In this document: in pieces, positions 10,398-19,468 of the stretch | Numbering within the stretch: position 1 is the stretch's first letter | Layout of the letters: each line of letters opens with the position of its first letter | Origin: Candidatus Cloacimonadota bacterium | GTDB taxonomy: Bacteria > Cloacimonadota > Cloacimonadia > Cloacimonadales > TCS61 | Assembly (NCBI GenBank): GCA_021734245.1 | Contig: JAIPJH010000001.1 | Span: forward strand, 1,823-65,822 | DNA: 64,000 nucleotides | Reading direction: 5' to 3' | Notes under the pieces: generated by a model | The model's input: only the letters and a program-made list of their open reading frames with translations | Told to the model about the DNA's origin: nothing | Database searches by the model: none | Position numbers and translations under genes: made by a program

Positions 10398-10996
10398 CAA
10401 TCTTTTACTGAATAACGCCTTTTGAGAGCATTTCCCAACGTAATCGGGCTTGTATATTCCAGGTCTCCACCAAATGGTAAACCAGTTGATAATCGAGTTA
10501 TATTCACATTCTTATCTTCAAGATGTGATGCAATGAAACTAATCGTACTTTCACCTTCTGCAGAAGGATTCAAAGCCAATATCAATTCCTCAGTATTTTC
10601 AGATTCCATCAATTGCATAAGTTGAGGAAAGTTGATTTCATTGGGACCGATCCCATCCAAGGGTGAAAGTAATTTTCCTAAAACGAAATAACGACCATGA
10701 AACTCATGCGTATTTTCGATCAGATGAATATCCTGTGTATTTTCTACCACGCAAAGATGATCACTCTGACGAGAAGTATCACTACAAAACCTGCATGGAT
10801 CGGTTTCTGTAAGCATATTGCAAACCGAGCAATGCGTGAAATTCTCTACAGCTTTTTGTATGGAATCTGCCAGATCCAATGCTTGAATTTTATCACCGGC
10901 AACAATATGCATCGCCAGTCTTTGAGCGGATTTATTGCCAATACCTGGCAATCTTTTTAAATTTTGGACAAGTTCGCCCAGCAAGCCTTCGAACAT
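10397..10996 (-). CDS. recR: recombination protein RecR
   Basis: 199 aa with LKRLPGIGNKSAQRLAMHI helix-hairpin-helix, a C4 zinc finger (CSVCNMLTETDPCRFC) and a Toprim region. Confidence 0.95.
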   Translation of the reverse strand: MFEGLLGELVQNLKRLPGIGNKSAQRLAMHIVAGDKIQALDLADSIQKAVENFTHCSVCNMLTETDPCRFCSDTSRQSDHLCVVENTQDIHLIENTHEFHGRYFVLGKLLSPLDGIGPNEINFPQLMQLMESENTEELILALNPSAEGESTISFIASHLEDKNVNITRLSTGLPFGGDLEYTSPITLGNALKRRYSVKD

Positions 10997-10999
10997 GAA

Positions 11000-11326
11000 T
11001 TAAAACATTCCAGGAATTTTCATGCCACCTGTCAATTTGCCAAGTTCGTTTTCACTGCTCTGAGCCACTTTTTCCTGTGCTTCGTTCAAAGCTGCAATAA
11101 TAAGATCTTCCAGCATTTCAATATCGTCGGGGTCAACGACCTCCGGATCGATCTTGATAGAAAGAACCTGGTGCTTTCCATTCATTTCTACTTTCACCAT
11201 ACCGCCACCGGAAGTTCCTTCCACAACTTTATTAGCCAGTTCTTCTTGAGCTTTTGCCAAATCCTGCTGCATTTTTTGTGCCTGTTTCATCAGGTCTTTC
11301 ATGCCTTTCTTTCCACCTGGGAACAT
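11000..11326 (-). CDS. ybaB: nucleoid-associated protein YbaB/EbfC
   Basis: 108 aa, reading MKDLMKQAQKMQQDLAKAQEEL...GGGMVKVEMNG. Sits immediately upstream of recR, the conserved ybaB-recR pairing. Confidence 0.9.
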   Translation of the reverse strand: MFPGGKKGMKDLMKQAQKMQQDLAKAQEELANKVVEGTSGGGMVKVEMNGKHQVLSIKIDPEVVDPDDIEMLEDLIIAALNEAQEKVAQSSENELGKLTGGMKIPGMF

Positions 11327-11410
11327 ATTTTCAACTCCTATAAATTTAATATTTAACTTATCAATTTTCTACGGTAAAATATTTCTTTGCTATTTCTCAC
11401 GTCAATCAAA

Positions 11411-12232
11411 TTAAAGCTTTAAAGACAAAGCGTAAATTCTATTTCTGGGTTCTTTTGCTTCTGATGAGATTTTTTTCACTGCTTCTTTTTTGGAAATTCC
11501 TTTATCAATTTCTGTTTTCAACATTTCTAAAAGCACATCATCAGATAGTTCTACAGCTCGAGCTCCTTCGACCAGTAAAATAAATTCACCTTTCATAGTT
11601 ATTTTATCTGGATTAGATAAAAATTCACTGAATTTGCAACGATAATAAGTTTCATGGATCTTGGTCAACTCTCTGGCAATTACAGAATTCCTGTCTCCCA
11701 AATTTTCATGTAAATATTTAATTGTTTTAATAATTCGATGAGGAGCTTCATAAAAAATCAATGTAGATTTCAGTTTAGAAATCGATTCCAGAAGTTCCGT
11801 TTTTTCCGTTTCCTTTTCAGGTAGAAATCCCGCAAAGAAAAACTGTTTACAATCCAAACCGGAAGCTACCAGAGCCGGAACGAAAGCAGCTGCACCCGGT
11901 AAAGCTTCTACATCAAATTTATTATTCAATACTTCCTTGATTATTATTTCAGCCGGATCGGAAATGCCTGGAGTTCCGGCATCGGAAATGATAGCTACAT
12001 CTTCCCCATTATTTAAATGATTCAATATCTTTTCTACTCGCGATCTTTCGTTGAATTTGTGATAACTGAAAAGCTGAGTTTCGATCTTGAAATGTTTCAT
12101 CAATTTGGCAGAAGTTCGTGTATCTTCAGCTCCGATTATAGCAACCTTCTGTAAAATTTCTATACTTCGCAGCGTTATATCACCCAAATTTCCGATCGGG
12201 GTGGGAATGATATATAATTTTCCTTTTTTCAT
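11411..12232 (-). CDS. rsmI: 16S rRNA (cytidine1402-2'-O)-methyltransferase RsmI
   Basis: 273 aa. The N-terminus GKLYIIPTPIGNLGDITLRSIEIL...AEDTR is typical of the tetrapyrrole-methylase-fold RsmI. Confidence 0.9.
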   Translation of the reverse strand: MKKGKLYIIPTPIGNLGDITLRSIEILQKVAIIGAEDTRTSAKLMKHFKIETQLFSYHKFNERSRVEKILNHLNNGEDVAIISDAGTPGISDPAEIIIKEVLNNKFDVEALPGAAAFVPALVASGLDCKQFFFAGFLPEKETEKTELLESISKLKSTLIFYEAPHRIIKTIKYLHENLGDRNSVIARELTKIHETYYRCKFSEFLSNPDKITMKGEFILLVEGARAVELSDDVLLEMLKTEIDKGISKKEAVKKISSEAKEPRNRIYALSLKL

Positions 12233-12359
12233 AAATTCAAATTTTATGATCTAATGATTTGAGCAAGTATTTTATTTATCAGTATCTTTTATTGTTTAAT
12301 TATTTGACATAGTAACACAAATTATAATTAATGAAAAAAATATTCATTTTTTATATGAG

Positions 12360-14033
12360 GTGAAGATGGTAAGAAAATTACCCAGCCACAAAAAGAAATT
12401 GATCATTTCTTTAAGTGTTTTATTGATAATAGGTTTTTTAACAACTAGTTTAGTAAGTTATTTTGTAGCACTTTCTTCCTTACGTTCTCAAATTTCCAGC
12501 ACCGAATTACCGCTAACCAGCGACAATGTTTACAGCGAAATTCAAAGAGATCTCTTCCGCCCTATCATCATTTCCTCAATGATGGCGAATGATACTTTTC
12601 TGCAAAATTGGATAGCTGGTGGTGAAAAGAATATCACTGAGATCACAAACTACTTGTCTGCTATCGTGCAAAAATACAACTTTTTTACCAGTTTTTTTGT
12701 TTCAGAAACAACCAGGATTTATTACCAATCTAAGGGTATTTTAAAAATAGTGCAGGAAGATGAAGAACGTGACAAATGGTATTTCCGAGTAAAAATAATG
12801 AAGGAAGAATACGAGATTAATATTGATCCTGATATGGCAAATAACGATGTAATGACTGTTTTTATTAACTACAAAGTATTCGATAATCGTGGAAATTTCC
12901 TGGGAGCTGCAGGGGTTGGGCTGGAGATTAAAACCTTAGTTGAATTTCTGGATAAATACAGCGAAAAATATAATAGAAATATTTATCTTGTCGACAATGA
13001 TGGAAATATAGTTCTGCATAATAATTCTCTTCCAGATACTTATCAAAAGATCCATCAAATGAATGGCATCAATGCCCTGGTGGATAGTTTATTATCTTCC
13101 ACCAGAAAAATGCTGAAATTTAATAGAGATAAAAGCACTGTTCATTTGAATACAAGATTTATACCAGAACTTAACATGCATTTATTTGTAGAGAAGATTG
13201 AAAATAAAACTATGAAGAATATTAATAATGCACTGATCATTAACTTAGTTTTATTTATTGTTATAACTACAATCATTATTCTATTAACAACTATTACAAT
13301 AAATATTTATCAGAAATTTGCCAATAAACAGCAAATCGAGATCTATGAAAAAAATACTGAGTTACAGAATAAAAATGAGGATCTTGAACAATTGATACAA
13401 GAAAAAAGTGCAGCCTTAGAGCAAAACAATCTTTTGATGCGGGAAATGAATCATCGAGTAAAGAACAATTTAGCAACAATACAGAGTTTGCTCCGAATAC
13501 AATCATCAGAAGTAAAAGATGATACATCACGCATGGCATTAAAAGAAAGTGAAAGCCGCTTGAAATCCATCACTCATCTGCATCAGATGCTTTCCCGGAA
13601 AATAGATCTTTCAAAAATCAGCGTTACGAAATATGTGCAAAATCTTGTAAACGATGTATTGAAGTCGTTCGATGTAAATACAGATAAGATCAGGGTCGAA
13701 ATGGAAGTTGAAGATATTGAACTCGATATGAATGTTTTAATTCCATTTGCTCTTATTCTGAACGAACTTCTTACAAATTCTTTAAAATATGCCTTCCCGG
13801 ATAATGAAGGTAAAATCAATATTTTTATAAATAGTGTAGACGATATGAATTGCCAGTTAACGTTTATTGATAATGGTATCGGCTTACCTGAAAACTTTAA
13901 CATCAAGGAAACTGATTCATTGGGAACTCAGATAGTTTCCATGCTGGTTTCGCAGATCCATGGAGATTTAAGTTTTAATTCGAAGAAAAATAAAGGAACT
14001 GAATTTTTTATAAAGTTCCCGACCAAAAAATAG
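12360..14033 (+). CDS. sensor histidine kinase (Cache-like periplasmic domain, HisKA_2, HATPase_c)
   Basis: 557 aa with two TM segments flanking an extracytoplasmic domain. H-box NHRVKNNLATIQSLLRIQ, plus N/G boxes (LNELLTNSLKYAF, DNGIGLP). The ATG at 12366, preceded by GAGGTG, may be the true start. Confidence 0.85.
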   Translation: MKMVRKLPSHKKKLIISLSVLLIIGFLTTSLVSYFVALSSLRSQISSTELPLTSDNVYSEIQRDLFRPIIISSMMANDTFLQNWIAGGEKNITEITNYLSAIVQKYNFFTSFFVSETTRIYYQSKGILKIVQEDEERDKWYFRVKIMKEEYEINIDPDMANNDVMTVFINYKVFDNRGNFLGAAGVGLEIKTLVEFLDKYSEKYNRNIYLVDNDGNIVLHNNSLPDTYQKIHQMNGINALVDSLLSSTRKMLKFNRDKSTVHLNTRFIPELNMHLFVEKIENKTMKNINNALIINLVLFIVITTIIILLTTITINIYQKFANKQQIEIYEKNTELQNKNEDLEQLIQEKSAALEQNNLLMREMNHRVKNNLATIQSLLRIQSSEVKDDTSRMALKESESRLKSITHLHQMLSRKIDLSKISVTKYVQNLVNDVLKSFDVNTDKIRVEMEVEDIELDMNVLIPFALILNELLTNSLKYAFPDNEGKINIFINSVDDMNCQLTFIDNGIGLPENFNIKETDSLGTQIVSMLVSQIHGDLSFNSKKNKGTEFFIKFPTKK

Positions 14034-14044
14034 AGGTAACATAA

Positions 14045-14680
14045 TTGAAATACAGATTGATCATTTTTGATTTTGATGGAACTCTGGCTGATACGTTCGA
14101 CTGGTTTGTAAAGAATATTAGATTGATGGCTGATAAATATAAATTCAAAAACGTAACAGATGATGAAATTTCAAAGTTGAGAGATAATGATGTAAAATTT
14201 ATGATGAAATATGTAGGCTTTCCAAGTCTGAAACTTCCGATTATAGCAACTCAAATGAGAAATCAGATGACCAGAGAAATAGATAATATAAAATTGTTTC
14301 CCGGCATTCCAGAAATACTTCGTAAATTAACTGAAGCAAATTTCAAAATATCCGTCGTCAGTTCCAATTCCACGAGAAATGTAAAACATGTTCTGGGGCA
14401 AGAACTTTGTGATCTAATCGATCATTTTGAATGTGGTGTATCGATGTTCGGCAAGGAAAGTAAATTGACCAAAGCTGTAAAGAAAAGCAACTCAAAGTTT
14501 GAAGAATCAATTTACATTGCAGATGAGCTCAGGGATATCGAAGCTGCTCATAAATTGGCAATGGCTTTTGGCGCAGTAAGCTGGGGTTACACAAATTCAG
14601 AAGCTCTAAAAGAGAAAAATCCTGAAGTAATTTTTGAAAATGTTTCAGATATTTACGATAAATTGATCGATGAAAATTGA
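14045..14680 (+). CDS. HAD-superfamily hydrolase (phosphoglycolate phosphatase-like)
   Basis: 211 aa with the LIIFDFDGTLADT motif I. TTG start as given in the track. Confidence 0.8.
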   Translation: MKYRLIIFDFDGTLADTFDWFVKNIRLMADKYKFKNVTDDEISKLRDNDVKFMMKYVGFPSLKLPIIATQMRNQMTREIDNIKLFPGIPEILRKLTEANFKISVVSSNSTRNVKHVLGQELCDLIDHFECGVSMFGKESKLTKAVKKSNSKFEESIYIADELRDIEAAHKLAMAFGAVSWGYTNSEALKEKNPEVIFENVSDIYDKLIDEN

Positions 14681-15110
14681 CATAAATCCTGCCTCCAGGA
14701 AAAGATATGATGCCTTATTTGAACTGATGTTCAGTGAAACTGGTACTTATTTGGAACGATCTCTTGATCTACTTAAAATGAATAAAGCACAATTCAAAGA
14801 AGTTTTCGATAACACAGGAAAAAAATATGAGATCTTTTTTGATGATAAATTCGCAGGATTTTTCTGGATCGAAAACAGAAACGATACAACCCATATTCAT
14901 GCTTTGATAATTTTCAAGAAATTTCGTAGAAAAGGTATCGGTAATTATGTTTAGAAGCACATTGAGGAAACGGTTTCCTCATCAAGAATAGAATTGGGAG
15001 TTCACGAATCAAATACATCTGCAAAAAAATTGTACATCAATTCTGGATATGAAATCAAAACAAACTTAGAAGATCATGAATTTATAATTTTACAGAAAGA
15101 GGTAAAATGA
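14670..15110 (+). pseudogene. GNAT-family N-acetyltransferase interrupted by one in-frame TAG (14952..14954)
   Basis: The same frame continues after the TAG: ...FKKFRRKGIGNYV*KHIEETVSSSRIELGVHESNTSAKKLYINSGYEIKTNLEDHEFIILQKEVK. That completes GNAT motifs A and B (RRKGIG...; N..A..LY...G). The end overlaps the next gene start (ATGA). Confidence 0.8.
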
Positions 15111-15457
15111 AAACCCCACATAGAATTGAATGGATCGTACTTCCTGCAAGGAATCTGCAGAAAGCTAAAGAATTTTACTCCAAAATATTTGGATGGAAGA
15201 TTACAAATTACACTAAAGATTTCTGGTTATTTGATGCAGATACAATTCATGGTGGATTCGATCCAAATTTAAATTCTTACAATGATGGTATTAGATTTTC
15301 TATAACTGTAGACGATATAATTGAAACTCTTGAAGAAATTGAAAATTCTGGAGGAAAAACCATAAAAGAAAAATTTGAGATTGCTCCTGGATTTGGTTAT
15401 TGTGCTCAGTTCAAAGATCCAAATGGTAATGTTTTAGAATTGTGGAGTGAAAAATAA
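15107..15457 (+). CDS. VOC-family (glyoxalase/bleomycin-resistance fold) protein
   Basis: 116 aa, reading IEWIVLPARNLQKAKEFYSKIFGW...FKDPNGNVLELW. Confidence 0.8.
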   Translation: MKTPHRIEWIVLPARNLQKAKEFYSKIFGWKITNYTKDFWLFDADTIHGGFDPNLNSYNDGIRFSITVDDIIETLEEIENSGGKTIKEKFEIAPGFGYCAQFKDPNGNVLELWSEK

Positions 15458-15488
15458 AAAACAGGGAATGAAAAATCACTCCCTGTTC
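15452..15488 (-). terminator. rho-independent terminator after kbl (hairpin shared with the convergent plus-strand operon)
   Basis: AACAGGGA...TCCCTGTT stem. The T-run is on the minus strand only (the A-run 15452..15460 on plus). Confidence 0.6.
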
Positions 15489-15507
15489 ATATTAACTTCT
15501 TTTTTTA

Positions 15508-16731
15508 TTACTTCTTATAATTTGCTAAAATCTCCAGAACTTTATCAATGTCTGCTTCTGTGTGATCTGCATTTACCTGGAATCTGATCTCTTCATCACC
15601 TTTTGGCACTACTGGGAAGTTCAAGCCAGTTCCCAGAACACCATTTTTCGTGAGGTATTTTACTAGTTTAGTTGTTTCAGCTGTATCTCGAACCATGAGA
15701 GGAACAACAGGATGCGGTCCTTCTATAGTTTCAAAGCCAAGAGCTTTAAGGCCATCTTCGAATTTCTTGGTCATTGCAGAAAGATGTTCCAGTCTTTTCA
15801 CACCCCAATCGCTATCGATCATCTCCAGAACCTTAAGTGTTGCCGCAGCTTCCGAGCAGGTGATCGGATTGGAATAAATATACATAGGAGCTTGTTCGCG
15901 AAGGTATTCAATTACTGTATCTGAAGCAACAACATAGCCACCGTTCACGCCAAAAGCTTTGCCCAGAGTACCGATCAGAATATCAACTTTTGCACCGGTA
16001 TATTCTTCGGTTCCACGTCCTGTTTTACCAAAAGCACCAACACCATGAGAATCATCGGCTATCGTGATAACACCCTCATCGAATTTGTCATCAAACTCAG
16101 CACAGATTTTTGTCAGTTCGTCGAATGGTGCAAAATCTCCACGCATCGAAAAGATTCCATCCGTTACAACAATACAACGTTTACCTTTGCCTACAGCTTC
16201 TTTCATCTTTGCTTCCAGATCTGCCATATCGTTGTGTTTGTAGATAAGCTTGGCAGCAGGACGGGAAAGACGCATTGCCTGGATTATGCAGTTATGATTT
16301 AATTCATCGGAAACCACAACTGTTTCTTTGGTTGTTAGCGGAAAGATCACACCCAAGCTTGTCACATAAGCCGAGCTGAAAATCATTCCGGCTTCACGAC
16401 CGTGGAATTTTGCCAGCTTCTTTTCCAGAGCGATGTGTGGAGTATGAGTTCCACTGATGAAACGAACAGCACCCGGACCTACACCAAATTCCTGTGCAGC
16501 AGCTTCTTCCGCTTCAATCACATCAGGATTCATAGACATTCCCAGATAGGAATTCGCATTCATTTTGATGAATTCTTTTTCGTCGTATCCTTCCAAAAGA
16601 TAACGCGGACCAAATTCACCTTCTGCTTTTTTGATCTTCTTGATTACAAGCTCTTCACCTTTGTCGCGTCCGGAAGCTCGCAAATCTTCCAGATTCTTAT
16701 AAAGAGCTTCATTTAATTTTTTTAAAGCCAT
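15508..16731 (-). CDS. kbl: glycine C-acetyltransferase (2-amino-3-ketobutyrate CoA ligase)
   Basis: 407-aa alpha-oxoamine synthase family protein (...NSYLGM..., ...SDELNHNCII..., ...DDSHGVGAFGKTGRG...). Genomic linkage to tdh supports the call. Confidence 0.85.
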   Translation of the reverse strand: MALKKLNEALYKNLEDLRASGRDKGEELVIKKIKKAEGEFGPRYLLEGYDEKEFIKMNANSYLGMSMNPDVIEAEEAAAQEFGVGPGAVRFISGTHTPHIALEKKLAKFHGREAGMIFSSAYVTSLGVIFPLTTKETVVVSDELNHNCIIQAMRLSRPAAKLIYKHNDMADLEAKMKEAVGKGKRCIVVTDGIFSMRGDFAPFDELTKICAEFDDKFDEGVITIADDSHGVGAFGKTGRGTEEYTGAKVDILIGTLGKAFGVNGGYVVASDTVIEYLREQAPMYIYSNPITCSEAAATLKVLEMIDSDWGVKRLEHLSAMTKKFEDGLKALGFETIEGPHPVVPLMVRDTAETTKLVKYLTKNGVLGTGLNFPVVPKGDEEIRFQVNADHTEADIDKVLEILANYKK

Positions 16732-16747
16732 AAATCTCTCCTATATT

Positions 16748-17125
16748 TTATTTTTTTTCGATTACAACTACAGCTGTGGCATAATCTTTGAGATGAGCAA
16801 TAGAAACATGGGCAATTTCGTATTTTCCTGCTTCGAAAATTTCTTTTGTTTTGCCATGTAAAAAGATCTCCGGTTTGCCCAGTTTATCGTTAATTGTTTC
16901 AATCTCAGAAAACTTAAGACCATTAGCCCAACCTGTTCCCATAGCTTTCAGGAAGGCTTCTTTTACAGCAAACCTGCCGGCAAAATTCTGAGATCCATTT
17001 TTAAATTTTCGGCAATATTCAATTTCTGTTTTAGTAAACACTTTTGCCAAAAATTTCTCATCTCTATCACAAAGTTTTTCCACTCTCTTCACTTCTATTA
17101 TATCAATGCCGATACCAGCGATCAA
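16748..17125 (-). CDS. acpS: holo-[acyl-carrier-protein] synthase
   Basis: 125 aa, reading MIAGIGIDIIEVKRV...FAGRFAVKEAFLKAMGTG. Confidence 0.9.
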   Translation of the reverse strand: MIAGIGIDIIEVKRVEKLCDRDEKFLAKVFTKTEIEYCRKFKNGSQNFAGRFAVKEAFLKAMGTGWANGLKFSEIETINDKLGKPEIFLHGKTKEIFEAGKYEIAHVSIAHLKDYATAVVVIEKK

Positions 17126-17146
17126 AATTTCATCCTTTTCAGAAAA

Positions 17147-18097
17147 CTATTTCAGTTTTTCTCCCAGAACCCTCAGCATATCTTCTGTCATTTTATCAAG
17201 ATCGTATTCGTAGTTCCAACCCCATTCTTCGGTTGCTGCACTGTCGTCCATGTTGTTTGGCCAGCTTTCTGCAATAGCCTGTCTTACCGGATCAATGTCG
17301 TAATCGATTGTAAATTCTGGAATATGCTTTTTAATTGATGCAGCCAGCATTTCCGGATCAAAACTCATAGTAGAAATATTAAAGGCATTTCTATGAATAA
17401 GTTTAGATGGATCTGCTTCCATAAGGTTTACAGCAGCGGTTAAAGCATCAGGCATGTACATCATATCAAGGAAAGTTCCAGCTTTCAGGAAACAGGTATA
17501 TTTTTTCTGCTTAATTGCTTCATAATAAATATCAACAGCGTAATCAGTAGTTCCGCCTCCAGGAAGAGTTTCATTGGAGATAATTCCAGGATAACGAACA
17601 CCACGAGTATCAACTCCGAATCTTTTGAAATAATAGTCACAAAGCAGCTCGCCAGCAACTTTGGTTACACCATACATAGTGTTTGGTCTTTGAATTGTAT
17701 CCTGCGGTGTATCATCAGCAGGTGTTGAAGGTCCGAAAGCACCTATTGAGCTTGGTGTAAAAACGGCACAGTTTTCTTCGCGAGCGACTTCAAGCACATT
17801 GTACAAACCGTTGATATTAACATTCCAGGCAAGGTTTGGCTTTGCTTCTGCCACACCAGAAAGAATTGCTGCTAAATGATAGATCGTATCAATATCATAT
17901 TTTTTTACAACTTCCGCGACTCGATTTGCATCCGTACAATCAACGATCTCAAAAGGACCAGATTCCAATAATTTTCCACTGGGTTTTGTACGATTTCCAC
18001 CAGCGATTACATTATCATTTCCATACAATTTTCTTAACAACATCGTAAGTTCTGAGCCGATCTGTCCGACAGAACCGGTAACAAGTATTTTTTTCAT
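17147..18097 (-). CDS. tdh: L-threonine 3-dehydrogenase, extended-SDR (UDP-glucose-4-epimerase-like) type
   Basis: MKKILVTGSVGQIGSEL Rossmann motif and YGVTK catalytic motif, next to kbl. The start is set at the ATG preceded by GGAG; the track begins 5 codons upstream at 18112. Confidence 0.8.
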   Translation of the reverse strand: MKKILVTGSVGQIGSELTMLLRKLYGNDNVIAGGNRTKPSGKLLESGPFEIVDCTDANRVAEVVKKYDIDTIYHLAAILSGVAEAKPNLAWNVNINGLYNVLEVAREENCAVFTPSSIGAFGPSTPADDTPQDTIQRPNTMYGVTKVAGELLCDYYFKRFGVDTRGVRYPGIISNETLPGGGTTDYAVDIYYEAIKQKKYTCFLKAGTFLDMMYMPDALTAAVNLMEADPSKLIHRNAFNISTMSFDPEMLAASIKKHIPEFTIDYDIDPVRQAIAESWPNNMDDSAATEEWGWNYEYDLDKMTEDMLRVLGEKLK

Positions 18098-18213
18098 AAC
18101 AACTCCATGCATTTTTTTTGGAAAAATGTTTAGAAGTGTTTTTTTGTCAATGAGAAATTACATTCCGTTAAATAGTAATTATTTAGCATTATTTGGGACA
18201 GAATATCTGAAAC

Positions 18214-18550
18214 CACGCATCCCCCCGAAAAAATTGAAAGGTATAATCCTAATTTATTGTAATAGCTGAAATTGTTATTATTTTTCCCGTCCAAAACCTT
18301 ATCCAGCAAAGCCCACGAATTTTTAACCTGTGAAATCAATTCAATTTCAGCGGGTCATTCGTGGGAAACCAGATACCGAATATAAAATTTATAACGGTTT
18401 CAACCGTTTTGCAAATTATAAACCATTGAAATGGTTATTTCAAAAAGATTTGAAAATTTACCCATGAATAAATTCATGGGCTTGAAATATTGAAATTCAT
18501 GCTTCTTCTTATTGATTTCTGAAAAAGAATTTTTTTTCGGGGGATGCGTG
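18214..18550. repeat. TIR-bounded hairpin-rich element, copy B (about 337 bp)
   Basis: About 22-bp terminal inverted repeats: CACGCATCCCCCCGAAAAAATT and AATTTTTTTTCGGGGGATGCGTG. The core is shared with 7298..7523. There is an extra module of about 110 bp with hairpins AACCAT-TGAA-ATGGTT and CCCATGAAT-AA-ATTCATGGG. Confidence 0.8.
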
Positions 18551-18627
18551 ATATCTAAAACAGGTTGACAGCAAAACTGATAATAAAAGCTTAGCAGAAG
18601 TGATAAGAAATCAAGAAGGAGGAAAAC

Positions 18628-18723
18628 ATGGGAAAAGGCGATCGCAGAAGTAAAAAAGGCAAGATCTGGCGCGGAAGTTATGGCAAGACCAGACCGCAAA
18701 AAGTTAAAACAAAAAAGAAATAA
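18628..18723 (+). CDS. 30S ribosomal protein bTHX
   Basis: 31-codon [34 protein letters not shown], which closely resembles Thermus Thx ([20 protein letters not shown]...). Strong SD AAGGAGG 6 nt upstream and a terminator directly downstream. Too short for the ORF track. Confidence 0.85.
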   Translation: MGKGDRRSKKGKIWRGSYGKTRPQKVKTKKK

Positions 18724-18742
18724 TTGTTTAGTAAAAATATAT

Positions 18743-18781
18743 AGCCTTGTGCGGAAAATTAATTCTGCACAAGGCTTTTTA
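18743..18781 (+). terminator. rho-independent terminator after the bTHX gene
   Basis: Perfect 10-bp stem AGCCTTGTGC...GCACAAGGCT followed by TTTTT. Confidence 0.85.
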
Positions 18782-18785
18782 AAAT

Positions 18786-19400
18786 TTATCTATCTATCTC
18801 AAATTCGATATAATAATCTTCATAATAGCTATCAATTTCAAAATCATACCATTCACCATTTGGATAAAGATCTTTGATAGCCATTTGATAGTTTCCCAGA
18901 ATAATATCATGCGCAAAATAGCCATTTGCTGTTGTTGTTATACTATCCACGATCACACTATCTTGAAGCATATAAATTTCTTCTCCTGAAAGCGGACCGT
19001 AAAAAATATCCAGGATAGAGCCGCAAACCAAACCGGGATCTACTGTAGCAAATCCACTGCTGGCATTAACAGTGATGGTATCCTGTCGTCCGCAGGCATG
19101 ATAGGTAGAATAGAAGCCATCTTTCTTAGCAATCACACGATAATCGATCACAACATCGTCAATTTCTCGTTCCAATTCCGTTTCGAAAAAATATTTCTCT
19201 AAAGTTAGCTGTTCATTATTTGGCAGAAGCAAATATGCTGTTGAAGCAAGATCACCTGCATCTAAAGTTTCTTCATAAAAAACCGTATCGTTAAACGTTA
19301 CTTGCAGTCGTGACCAGATATCAGTATCCGGATTTGTTGTCCGATCGTCACAACCAAAAGCTGCAAAAAAAATTGCAAAAACTATAATGTATTTCCACAT
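18786..19400 (-). CDS. lipoprotein, function unknown
   Basis: 204 aa. Signal peptide with lipobox (FFAAFGC). Confidence 0.5.
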   Translation of the reverse strand: MWKYIIVFAIFFAAFGCDDRTTNPDTDIWSRLQVTFNDTVFYEETLDAGDLASTAYLLLPNNEQLTLEKYFFETELEREIDDVVIDYRVIAKKDGFYSTYHACGRQDTITVNASSGFATVDPGLVCGSILDIFYGPLSGEEIYMLQDSVIVDSITTTANGYFAHDIILGNYQMAIKDLYPNGEWYDFEIDSYYEDYYIEFEIDR

Positions 19401-19468
19401 AATCTTCCTCCCATCATTTGATCTTTTACCGAATTTTGATGCATAAAATATTCCTAAATAGAGATTTA

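Noticed and set aside
18564-18627. A TTGACA hexamer upstream of the bTHX gene as a promoter, and similar TTGACA hexamers at about 12303, 3760 and 9076.
   Set aside because: I could not find an acceptable -10 element at 16-19 nt spacing for any of them. The promoter consensus of this lineage is also unknown to me.
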